64,000 nt of DNA from NCBI RefSeq assembly GCF_009834535.1, contig NC_045697.1, forward strand, positions 99,388,001 to 99,452,000, read 5' to 3'. Of the stretch, positions 52,357-64,000 are shown in pieces (within the stretch, counting starts at the first letter, position 1; each line of letters opens with the position of its first letter). The notes beneath the pieces are model-generated. The model did not search any database and was not told the origin of the DNA. It saw only the letters and a program-made list of their open reading frames with translations. Origin of the DNA: Camelus ferus. Lineage: Eukaryota. A program made the translations under genes and the position numbers.

Positions 52357-55300
52357 TGCTTACTATGGGCAGGTACTATGCTTAGAACAGGTTTAAAACT
52401 AATTCTATTTAGAAATGAATTATTCAGGGACTCTTGTTCTGTGAATTATACAGGGCAATGCTCTCTAAAACTATTTTCACTATATATTAGCAACACTGGA
52501 TCATAGATGGGGTAGGAAGAAGAGAGAAAGCCAAGTTTGGAGTCTTATTGGAAGGTCTGATAAACAGGTTCCGGGGGCAAGAATTCTGAAAAAAGGAGGC
52601 CAAAATAAGATATGAGAATGAATCTGTGCTTTGATTATCTGTGTTATCTCTGCCAACAACTGGATATTCATTCTTGGACACTGGATAGTGTCAGTCTCTC
52701 TCTCTCACCCTCATTATTCTTTGTGATTTCCAAAGGAGAGTGTCCATATTTTGATGAATTCATTACTACTTCCATTAACACTGGTTAACACATCATCCAA
52801 GACCTTGCCTATTTATTTGTTTTCTTCTTCTTCTTTTTTTTTTTAATGAAACAGGTCTTCATTACTGTTTAATTATCCTTATTTATCTTCTTAAAGGCCA
52901 GTTTTAAGAAGCAGTTCAGAAGCTCAGCCATTTTGCCATCAAGAACTCAGTCATTTGAGCATAATCACTAAGCTTATCTCCCTATTCATTTAATGCGAGG
53001 CCTCTTTTATCTCTGTTGTGCCTTCCTCCTCTCTCTTTATTATGTTTGTATTATTACCCTCTGCACCACTGATCGCCACAAATACTTCTTGGTTGTAACT
53101 CTGGAACCTCTTTGATGATTCATGCTCTCTAGTGAGAGTCCTCCCCACAGACTTCATTTACTCTCAGGTTTCTCCATTTTTCCCCCCTATTTCTGCACAG
53201 CTGTCATTGTCACTGGGATATTGCTTCTGGTCTTCCCAATGACCTCTGGCCTCTGTGGTGAAACCACTGACCCTGATTGCAGCCCCAGCCCCAATTTTAC
53301 AAGGTAAGAAGGGCTGCAGAAGCACAGACCCAGCTCCCGTGTCAGACACTGCTCAGATCCACTGCTCCTGCCCCCGTGGACAGATGCTCTCTCCTCACTG
53401 AAGCTAAAGAGTCGACGCAACTGGGGAAAAGGGAGATGAGCCCTATTGGTTCAAGTCCCACATCAGAAGAGCAGACCTGACCACTTCCAGCAATGGTCCC
53501 GTTCTTCAAAACCAGTGTTGCAATTAGGACAACTAATAATCTCCCTCATTAATCAATCATACCTCAAAGATCACAAACCAAGAGAAACACTAAATTATCT
53601 TTCTTTTCTTGGTAATATCCATGCTTATATTTGATTTTAGATATTCCCTCTCCTTACCCCTTTCTTATTTGTGTGGTATCTGAACTTGTGGCTGTTAATT
53701 GCTACGCTAGATTAATTACCAAGTCATTTTCACCTTGTATGATAGCATAGAAATACGTTTTCTTTAAATAGAGAAATTTTTTTAAAGATTCATATCAAAG
53801 AGTCCAACTAGAAAGAAAGCACAAACTAAAGAAAAAGAGGGCTTATAACTATATTAGTAAGTGTAATACTATTTGCAAATATTACATCTATCACTTCAAT
53901 TACATGCTTCTTTTAAAAAGACTGAAATAAGACACCCATAATTATTACATAAATGTCATTTTTTATATCAGCTCAGCAAATGTGCACATTTTTATTTCAT
54001 AACTGAGATAAGTAAAGGTGCCAATTTATTATGTTCTTTAAAATTTATACCAAATTAATCAATCTAAATTTTCTGGTCCCAAATCTGTATTTTTAACTAA
54101 AGTTATTGTGGACAGTTTAAAGAGGACTCTTTGCGTGATTTGACAAAAATAAGATGATGGAGACAAAATAAGTGGAATTTTTTTCCCTCAGTCTGAGTGA
54201 GAGCTGCTTACATAATCAACTTATTTCATTTGGAAGTGGATATAGCATTCCTATGAGTAAGAAGGAATGAATAAAGTGCCATACAGATCTTTTCTTCCCA
54301 TCACATCTTTCCCTTTGCCCATCCTGGTTTCTCTGTGCCCATGTGGCCCCCAACTTATTTCCCCTACAACTCCTTTCTTCCCATGAGTTCTGGCACTTAT
54401 CCTGTCCACAGGTCACTCTACCCCTTCCCTCCCATGTTTAGGATAATTGCATTCTTGTCTGTAAATGCCACACCAACCACACATTAGTAGCTTAGTGGCA
54501 GCTTAACTGGAGACAGCAGATTAAATTATTTTAAATTTACACTCACTTATTGATAAACTACCACACATAAGACACTGGATAACACACACCAGCTTTGTCA
54601 AGGGGCCTGCCCTAAATTGTCCACACAAATACAGAGGATAAGATTGTTGGGTTGGGCAGGGGAGACATGACACAGGAAGATGAAATCAGCTTTTACTAAC
54701 TGGTCAAAAACAGGAGCCAAGCTTGGAACAGCTTATTCCAAGGCATGTCAGCCTTATTTCATTCACCTCCTCCCATCCTCCTTTTCTCCTTTTTTTTTTT
54801 TTTTTTCTTTCCCATCCATTTTTGCTTCTGTATTGCTTAAAACCAGAGGTTCCTTTACCTCATGGCAGCTCCTTCCCCTTCAACTCTCAGGCACTGAAAT
54901 GCTACCCCCACCCTGCCACACCTTTCTGGCTCTCGGTCCTAGTCTCCCAGCTAGCTGAGATACAGATGCACACTGCCAACACTGCCAGCTAAGTGCTTCA
55001 GGAGGGGGGAGTTCTGACGTTACCCCCTGCCACTCAGCAAGCCTCATAACAGAGAAGACAGTTTAAACCCCAGGGATGGTAAAATCATCATCATTATGAC
55101 CTCTCTGGGTACTGCAGCATTCAACAGAGATTACAGCTGCCACCTTTGATAATGAGAAACCCGGAAATTACATAGGCTGGTAACAGCATCAGCATAGAAC
55201 ATCGTCTGAAAACCTCCAGCTCCAGCTGTCTCATGCTAGGCAGCGACGGTGCAGATTAGAATCCAACCCGAAAAGAGCTGCAGGATCTAGTGATACTGGG

Positions 55301-57648
55301 CTTCTTACCCTTTCCTTCAGCACTGCCACTAGTTGGGATTATTCTAGCTGGTCTACTACATGGGAAAATTTAAAAATTGGGTGTTTAAAACAAGTTGGAA
55401 CACAAAGAGATTAACAACAAAGAGAACGTGTCCGTTATTCTTCCAGTGCTTACTCATTCTATGATTTAAATATTTATTCCGCAAATATAGCCGGTGTGTG
55501 TCCATATGAGATCATCAGAACACTGGACCTTCAGCTGTCCTCTGAGGGTCAAAGCGGAGATTGTGTGTGTGTCTAATATTATTGTAGAAAGAATAAATAT
55601 TTAAAAATGAACTATGGCATTTCTTTCTTGTAGACAACGGCAGAGAACAAAAAGTTTCACACTGGTTCAAACTTTTGAGGAAGTTTGCAACTGTATTTGA
55701 GGGGACTATAAAGTTATTAGGGGATAGACAACAAACCCTATGAGCCTGTCACAAGCTTTCCACCGAAACTGTGTTATATTAAATTTGGATTCAAATAGGT
55801 AATCCATTGGCAAAGGCTTCACAATATGGGTTATACAAAGATTTTCAATGAATGACAATGTTGAAGTGGAATCTAACTTAAATTTTGTAATAATCCTGTA
55901 ATAGCGGCATGGAAACTTTTATCCATAAATTTTAATCTTTCATAGGATTAGTCATCATATTTTGGAAATAACAAGATTCTTTGCAACTGCCTTCTACCAT
56001 CTTTACTTGCCAAGATGCAGCACCTGAAAATTTTCTTCTTTCACAAGGATTTTCCTTCTCTCCCAATTGAATGTGATCTCTCCACCCTCAGAACTGTGTT
56101 CAGACTCTCTTACGGGTCTATTTCCAGCCGTACTTTATCCCCACTCCCAAGCCTTACTGGAAGCAACTGTATCAGCAACTGGAACGAACTGGGAACTAGT
56201 CTCAGCCTTGGCAACTGGCCAAGGGCCTTCTGTAGTGAGTACTAAAAAAAAACTGTCCAATGAAAATGCGGAACTTTGGATTCTAACTCTAACTCAGCCT
56301 CAGATTTGCTTCAGTTTTTAACTAGACAGGTCTCATTTCTCACTCACCAAACAGCACTCCCATAACTCCAGGGGTACCCATATCAAGTTAGGTTCTAGAA
56401 TCATCCGTGGAGATAGTCTAGGTATCATTTAGTTTGACCCACTTATTTTAAAAGATAAGGCAAAGGAAACTCAAAGAGGTTACATGTCCCTTTTATCAGC
56501 TGGTGATAAAATTCAGACAAAACGGCTACAGATGACCTTGTCTTGGAATTGGTTAAGCCTCTATCACTGAATGCAGAGCGAGTTTAATCTGAGTGAAAAC
56601 TTCAGACTAAACTGAAAAATTGACATTATTCTCTTCTCAAGGAGACTGAAATTGTTAATGAGTTATAGTTAAGCCAGAAATTTAAAATCATCTCACTTCT
56701 CTGTTCAGTTCCTCACCAAGTCTAAGCAAGCTCAAAGTCCTTTGACTATAAAAACTGTTAGTTATCTGAGAATACTTTCTACTGCACAGCACGTAAAAAT
56801 AAGAATACCAGACTCACACACACACATTGCTGGTACAGGTGGGTGAACGTGCATAATCTTACTGAGGGCATTTAGCCACATGATACAAGACTTTCAACAT
56901 GTGAACACTCTTTGACCTGTCAATGTCATCTCTAAAAGTGTATTCGAAGGAAAACCTACTAGAGATCTAGGAATATGACCAATTTTTATTCTTTCTTTTC
57001 ACTTTTGGAAACATTTCAAGATTTCTTGCAATGAGTTTGTGTCATTTCTGCCATTGGAAAACAAACACAAAAACCTCTCATTGTAAAGAATGAGGGAATA
57101 GAACTGGTCGCTCCCCCTGCAAGGTCCTTTTGAGCTCTCATGGTCAAAAGGTTATAGAAAGGAAAAAACTGTGGAATTCTCCAGAAGAGGTCACCAACTT
57201 GTAACTGTGAATAGGTGTTCAGAACATTCAATGGTGTTTGAATTTCTGAAAAGCTATAGAAGCAGAAGGATCCAGCTGAACCCGTTCTCCCATATGGATT
57301 TCACATAATCAGTAGACCTAAAAATACTCACCGAACACAGCCTCGGAGCGGCATGGCACTGAGAGCTCTGTAGAAACACACCTCAGCTGCATTTCCTCGC
57401 CCTTCCTGGCTCTCTCTGCCCCGTAGCAGTGACATAGCCCATGAAAAGATGACCACGAAGGAGGGGCAGTAATGGGTTTCCAAATACAAAATGGAGGAAT
57501 TTAGAAAAGGGAGGAGCTCATGCAGAACTAGATGAGACAGAAAGGCTTTGCAAAGCAGGAAGAAGTCAAGCCTCGAAAAAGAGATGGAGGCAGAGTATGG
57601 GAAAGGACCGAGCTGGGAGATGCAGTGGAGTAAACAAAGGTATACAGG

Positions 57649-57895
57649 AAACAAACCTCTGGTTACCTAACGGGGAGGGAGGGAAGGAGGGACGTAATAG
57701 GAGTATAGGATTACCAGATACAAACTACCATACATAAAATAGATAAGCAACAAGGATCAACTATATAGCACAGGGAATTATAGTCAATGTTTTATAATAA
57801 CCTATAATGGAATATAATCTGAAGAAAATGTGTATCACTTTGCTGTATACCTGAAACTAACACAATCTTGTAAATCAACTATACTTTGATTTAGA
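57649..57895 (+). mobile_element. Short 5'-truncated L1 3' end (artiodactyl-type) with target-site duplication
   Basis: It carries tatagcacagggaattatagtcaa...ctgtatacctgaaactaacacaa...aatcaactatact. The target-site duplication is aaaggtatacagg (57636-57648) / aaaggtctacagg (57896-57908). Confidence 0.9.
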
Positions 57896-58029
57896 AAAGG
57901 TCTACAGGGCCTCATATTCATGAGACATTTCAAATGTTTCACCTGCAGGATGACGTTAAGACCCATGGCACACGGAGCCCTTCCCAACCTCACCCAAACC
58001 TCTCACGTCAGCTGTCCCTGCTGTTCTGA

Positions 58030-58390
58030 ATTTCTTCCCATTTTCTGATTCCTTGCCTTAGCATATGCTGTTCCCTCTGCTCTCCCTTATTTCTCCACCT
58101 GTAAACTCCTACATATTTTAAAGTCCAGCCCAAGTGCCACCTGCCCCACAAAGGCTTCCCCAAGTTGTCCACACAGCTTGTGACACCCTCTCCTGCTCAC
58201 GCTCTTATTATTGCTTCTCTCTCTAGAGGACCGTAATTACTCTGCTTATGACTCTGCCTCCCCCTTTTGACCAAGAACCCCACAGGCATGGGGCCATGCA
58301 GTACTTTATTTTGTTTCTCAGTCTCTGTATTATTAGTTTTGAGGAGTGTGTCAAAAGAGTTATCAAAAGAATAAATAAGTGAATGAATAA
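58030..58390 (+). mobile_element. LINE-2 3' fragment
   Basis: It carries catatgctgttccctctgc...aaactcctac...aataagtgaatgaat. Confidence 0.65.
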
Positions 58391-58574
58391 GCGTAAGTAA
58401 AAGTGAAAACTTGGAAAGACAGGGTTAAGAAAGGTTTTACTGGTTTTGAGGGGTAGAATACTGAGAAACAAGAGTCAGATGGAACGGCTGACTGGGCACC
58501 TTGTGTCTCTAGTGGGATTCGATCATCAGTCACCAAACGCTCTCTAGGTATCTGTTTTGTGCCAGAAGATACAT

Positions 58575-58800
58575 GAGGCAGGATGGTGCAGTGGTGAAGA
58601 GCGCTGAGTATCTGCATTCAAAACCGCTCTGATACTTACCAGCTCTGCAATCTTAGACAAGTCCCCTCATCTCTCCAGGTCTCCGTTTCCGTATGTGTAA
58701 AATGGGTATGAGGACAGTGCCCGTCACATAGGGCCATCAAGACGGTGAAGTCATTTATACGTGAGAGCGGTGTAAATGGTCACGTGTTGGCAAGGCACTG
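58575..58800 (+). mobile_element. MIR SINE
   Basis: It carries ggtgcagtggtgaagagc...tacttaccagct...gtttcc...gtaaaatggg. Confidence 0.75.
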
Positions 58801-60107
58801 ATCATCAAATGAAAGGAAGTTTGCCTGCGTTAAGCAGTGGTATGAGACTTTAAAAACTTTCTTCAATTCTTATTTTAAAATCTTTGTAAGATGCATTAAA
58901 TGCCTTACCAGCTTTTGGAAATACAACTGCCTAAACATAAACAAATTGTTTTTTGATGCCTAATCATCTTCAATGGGTCTCAGAGTCATCACTACACACA
59001 CTTCTCACAGTGTGGACTAATAATAATAATAACAACAACAAAACAACACCACTCGCATGGTACGGCACCCAAGTGTTTACAAAAAGCTTCTGTCCCTTTC
59101 ACAAGAATCCTTTAAGGGAAGGCAGTCAGGCATCTTGAAGGAGGCAAGGTGAGGACGCGGAGTCCCCATGCTCTTGGCCGGGCTCTCCTACTGCTTGCCA
59201 AGTGGCCTCATGGGAGAGGGAGCTGAATACAGCCTGGTCCCTTGCCCCACCCTGGAAGCCAATTCCTTAAAAATGAACATCTGATGTATGATAGTTTGGT
59301 TGTGATCTGACTTTGACAGAAATGGAGTAGGTTACCAAAAAATGTAAACCCTTAGTAATTTGTTGAGGTTTACTGTCCAGTGTTCATATATCTATAAATT
59401 CAACTATTCAGTAACTAAGCAAAGTTTTGTTTTGCTTTGGACTTGAAGAGGGAGTAATAAAGAAGGCATTACTCTTGTTTGATTGTTTTTGACTCCTGCT
59501 TTTTTAATTCCAGTAAATTTCACCTAATGATATCTAACCAAACCAAATCATGCATTGGTGGGGGTCACACATGGGTAGATGCAGGCAGAGTAATGTTCAC
59601 AAACCCCACTGGAAGGCAATTTACCAGACAAAGGTCAAAAATGTGGTTAGTTGTTCAACAATCTGAGTCAAGGAAGATCTAAGGTTAAACCCTCAAGGAT
59701 GGAATGTTCATGTTCCAAGTGGCTGAAATCAATACAGTCCTTTTCAGACTAATGTTTGAACTCACAACCCAGGTTTTTCTCCCCGTTTTTTATCCAATAG
59801 CACAATTAATGGAATCATCACTTAATAAAATAGAGCTCTTTTTTTTCTGTTTTTAAACTTTATTTAAATTGAGCCATATAGTATATAAACATATATTTTA
59901 AATTCCTGGCCTCTTTCTTTTAAAATATAGCTCTTAAGAGACAAACCATGTCCTTACCTCTAGGAAATATATGGAAATCTCTCCCTTAAAATGCTAATTG
60001 AACAAAAAAGTCTAACACTAAATTGCTCCATCTAACACTGAGGGGTAAATCTTAAGTTTATTTCCTTTCAGAACTGGCTGGTTTAGTTTTCCCCCTTATT
60101 CTCACCA

Positions 60108-60398
60108 CTTTTATTTTTTATTTTATTTTTAATTTTTAATTGAAGTATAGTTGATGTACAATGCTGTGTTAGTTTCAGGTGTACAGCAAAGTGATTCAGT
60201 TTTATATATATATATCTCCTTTTTCAGATTCTTTTCCATTATAGGTTATTGCAAGTTATTGACTGTAGTTCCTTGTGTTATATGGCAGGACCTTGTTGTT
60301 TATCTATTTTGTATAGAGTAGTGTGTATCTGTTAATCCCAAACTCCTAATTTATCAGCCCCTTCCCCTTTGGTAACCATAAGTTTGTCTTCTATGTCT
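60108..60398 (-). mobile_element. Short L1 3' end, same family as 57649-57895
   Basis: A T-rich tail is followed by attgaagtatagttgatgtacaat...tttcaggtgtacagcaaagtgattca...tttggtaaccataagtttg. Confidence 0.9.
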
Positions 60399-61354
60399 AA
60401 GCTGTTTACTTTTTTCTTAGAGTTTTTCCCTGCTGTATTTCTTACTGAGGAGCTCATAGAAGACCAAACAGCAGAGTCGAGAGTGGATTAAGATGAACTC
60501 AAAGGAGAAACAAAGCACATCTCCAACAGGGAATGGCTCGCGTAGGAAAGTGAGGATCGGGACATATTTCTTTTCTAAATGGCTTGTCATTGTCCCACAG
60601 CCTTATGCTGTTGATGGTATTTCTGCTTACACACCCTGCCACCCAAAGTGTTCATTAAATACCAAGTGTGTGTGTTTCTCTCATGCATTTGAGGCCCATT
60701 CTGATACAGTACATGCTCATGTGAGGCAAGAGGAGGGTCTACCAGCTGACCACATCACAGGATGCACCACTGCCTTTCTGGATTCATAGGCAGCAGGTGG
60801 AAGCAGCAGTTGGGAGAGGGATGTAGGGAGAGACCTCAGTCACCCAACATGCAGGAACGTGCATATTTACTGGCGGCACCTGCACCGTCAGGGATACCAC
60901 ACGGAGGATGAAAGAGCTACAATAATTTCAAACCTGTCCCTTTAGGAATGGCCATGCCACTGCCATGCCGCACGACGACCGTTTCAAGTTGGGTGCTGAG
61001 CTAGACCGCACCTCGGCCTCGACCCCTTTCACAGCTCGGTGCAGACTGCACAGCGCGCCCCCAGCTCCCAGCACAGCTACAGGAGCAGGATCTCCTCGGG
61101 CAGAAGGAACAGAGATGATGAGAAGGAACGGATCCTGCTTCCTACCTCAAACACAGTGTGCTCTGATCCGTCTTTTCTCACTTCAAGGGAAATGTCTTTT
61201 CTTCCTATTTCGATTAAAGTCGTACGAGAACAATGTACTTAAAAGTTGTTACGTTACAAATAAAATTACGCTTTCTTTTCTTTTTTTTCCCAACAGTGGG
61301 TCCCCTAGAGTTGATCTCAAGAATCAAACTCTTGGTGTGTATTTTAGAACATCT

Positions 61355-61730
61355 CTAAGTGGGGAGGGGGAGCTGGGGAGGGGTTTGTCAAAGGCTATAG
61401 AGTTTCAATATGCAAGATAAGTAAGTTCTGGAGAACTTCTATACAACACAGGGCCTATAATGAACAATGCTGAATCGTGTACTTAGGTAAATTTGCAAGA
61501 GGGTAGCTCTTATGTTAAGTGTTCTTACCACAAAAGGAAAAAAAATCAATCTTTTAAAAAATAGTTGAACAGGGGCAAAAGGAAAGCTCTGGAGATGATG
61601 GAGAAGTTTATGGTCTTGATTGTGGTGATGGTCTCATGGGTGGACTCTTATTACCAAACTCAAGCTGCAGGTATGAAATACGTATAGCATTTAGTATGTC
61701 AGTCAGGCCTCAGTAATGCAGTTTTAAAGG
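61355..61730 (+). mobile_element. L1MA-like 3' end plus extension
   Basis: taagttctggaga...atgttaagtgttcttaccaca is followed by ggagatgatgga...tcttgattgtggtgatgg. Confidence 0.75.
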
Positions 61731-63287
61731 GAAAAAGCAAAGAAAACACCTGGAAGATGACAAGACCCAGGAGCACAAAAAGATACACCCTGGAATTACA
61801 GCCATTCTCCTGGGCTCCTCAATTCCACATTCCAACACGGGCTGAAACTGGCTTCAACCACAAGAATATCAGACCGATATGTCACAGGTTCCAAGGATCC
61901 CAAGCATAAGCTGACATCACTGTGGCCCTGCTTGAGGGGCGACGGAAATGGAAGCCATCGTGTTATTTCACTGGCATCTCTTACCCTGCTGCTGATTTTG
62001 TAACACAATTCAGCAGATTACCGGGAAAGTGAAGCACTAAGAACCCTGATTTTTCTTTCCCAGAATATCTCAAAAATCAAGGCTGTTTACAGTGAAGGAT
62101 AAATGCCTTCTGACCCTCTGCTTTTAAAAAAAAAGGACTAGGAAGTGAAAGAGAAGTTTCCTTACAAAGGTTTGCATGTGAATCCTCAACACATGATTAC
62201 CTTTCCGCTCTAAAGCCAGAGTTTGCACTTTAAACAGAGATTTCAATAAATTAATGCATTAGCTAAAAAGAAATGGGCTCAATTTAAATGACTAAGCAAG
62301 TGACCTGAATATTATTTCCTCTCAACAGCCTGGGCAACATAAAAAGAAAATGAATACAGAAAGGAATCTGAGTAATGCCCTACGTCTACAAGATCTCATC
62401 TAAGTACAGCGTGTCTCCATGTGACATGACTCATGGGGGGCATGCAGCTTCGGTTCTGAACAAAGGATGCCCAGTTTCACTCAGCACAAGGCTAACTAGG
62501 GCTAGCTTCACAGCTAACTAGGCATCCCAGCTATCCAGGTTTGAAGCATAAACAGAATCACACCCTCCTTCAACTGGACAAAGGCCCAGCACGCCTAGGG
62601 GTGACCCAAGGCACGTGTATCTCAAGGCAGGTCAAACTGTACTTTTCAGAAAACCATGTCGTTTAACCAACCCTCAGCAGGCACCCCGACTGGACATAAT
62701 CTACAAGGGCCTTTTGTCTTAGGCAGTGCTGCTCTGTTGTCTGGGGCTCTCTGTGCGGGGATAATTGGTTTGGCTGTCCATTCCACCCATCAGGTGATAG
62801 AAAACTATCAATCAGGCTAAATGCAATGTGAGAGAAGTCTCTTTAGCCAATTAGTCAGTAATGAGAACATTAGCCACGATATCTTCTGCAGAGGGCACCT
62901 TAGCCATTCCACTGGAGTCTGGGAAGATGACAGTCTCTGTGTGATTAATAAAGATCACAGGATGCTTCAGAAATTCTACATGGTGGAGAAGAAAATCAGA
63001 GAGCAACGCACTGGGAAGCGCTAGATGTTTTTGGTACCATGAGCACTCTGTGCAAAGACACTAAAAACCAGAACCAAAAGACTTCAGAGCTGGAAGTGAC
63101 CTTGAAGACAATTTGATCCAACTCCCTCATTTTCTGGATAAGGCGGGGAACAAAATGACTCATCCAAGGTCACATAGCTGGCTGGCACAGGTGCACCTTC
63201 ACTGGCTCTAAATGGAAAAACTCGAGGCTGTTGAAAACAAATAAACAAAAGACCATACATCCTACACCTACAAGGCTTCTGAGTTAC

Positions 63288-63291
<4 letters not shown>

Positions 63292-63323
<32 letters not shown>

Positions 63324-63335
63324 TTTTTTTTTTTT
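63292..63335. repeat. (AG)~15 microsatellite followed by poly-T
   Basis: Read directly from the sequence. Confidence 0.9.
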
Positions 63336-63664
63336 AATTTGAGCTGACCCTCCTCCAGGTCGTACAAAGGTCCAGGCAAGTCCTCCTTGCTGTCCTCCCC
63401 ACCCTATCCTGACAACCCAGGTAGAATTCACCTAGGGTAGAGACACGCCTGTCCCACCACACACAAACATCCTCCCGGGTGATGCAGGATGTCCCCAACC
63501 CTGACAACCCCGATATTTTTATATGTCTTTTGCCTCTACTGGGCACAGGATCTTGCGTTCTACATCCCAAGCTTCCTAGGTGTTAAGCACAACGACTACC
63601 TATGGCGTCTTGAGGAAGCACTTCATGTATTTAGAGCAATGATTTCTAAGCTGTGCTGTCTGAG

Positions 63665-63850
63665 CCCATAATGCCAGTTCTACCATTTACTAAATGTGTG
63701 GCCTTGGGCCAGCACAGCACTCCCTTGGGCTGCAGTTTTTCCGTCTACAAAATGGGGATAATAATAAAACCTACCCCTCAGGATTCAAGGAATTAGTCTC
63801 CACAAAACACAGAGAACAGAAATGGGCACGTGCAAGCTCAGCTGTTATTC
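63665..63850 (+). mobile_element. MIR SINE
   Basis: It carries tgtgtggccttggg...cagtttttccgtctacaaaatggggataataa. Confidence 0.7.
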
Positions 63851-64000
63851 GAGAAGGTGCTCTTGGGATGACAGCTGCAATGGCGGGGCTACCTCTGTGT
63901 GCACAGCCATGATGCTGCGGTAAATTGGGGTAAAAGGAAACAAAATTCCCAAATTCCAAAATGTCCTGAGGATGCAGTCTGAGGGAATGATGGAAAGGAG

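Noticed and set aside
55634..55798. Plus-strand acceptor and donor pair
   Set aside because: All three frames contain stops, it is isolated, and such pairs are expected by chance.
1..64000. CRISPR arrays, operons or other prokaryote-type systems
   Set aside because: The sequence is mammalian, with no regularly spaced repeat-spacer array and no dense coding.

Overview
Mammalian, mostly non-coding DNA, very likely camelid: two tRNA-derived SINEs resemble the vic-1 family, and I saw no Alu, Bov-tA, PRE-1 or CAN-SINE copies. The window looks like the large 5' intronic region of an unidentified gene transcribed on the minus strand. It has several candidate alternative promoters or first exons (about 31.2-31.8 kb, 20.6-20.9 kb, and weakly 12.7 kb and 4.7 kb) and one well-defined 86-nt internal exon (32858-32943). 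The rest is old L1, L2, CR1, MIR, MLT1 and MER repeats plus microsatellites. No ORF in the supplied track looks like a real host protein; the recognisable ones are decayed L1 ORF2. I found no convincing novel biological system. The most unusual sequence-level signals are a ~150-bp local duplication inserted into an L2, three back-to-back hairpins at 23-151, repair-scar-like mosaics inside an L1, and a four-tier nested transposon cluster. Repeat family names come from recalled consensus motifs, not from a search, and repeat boundaries are approximate.
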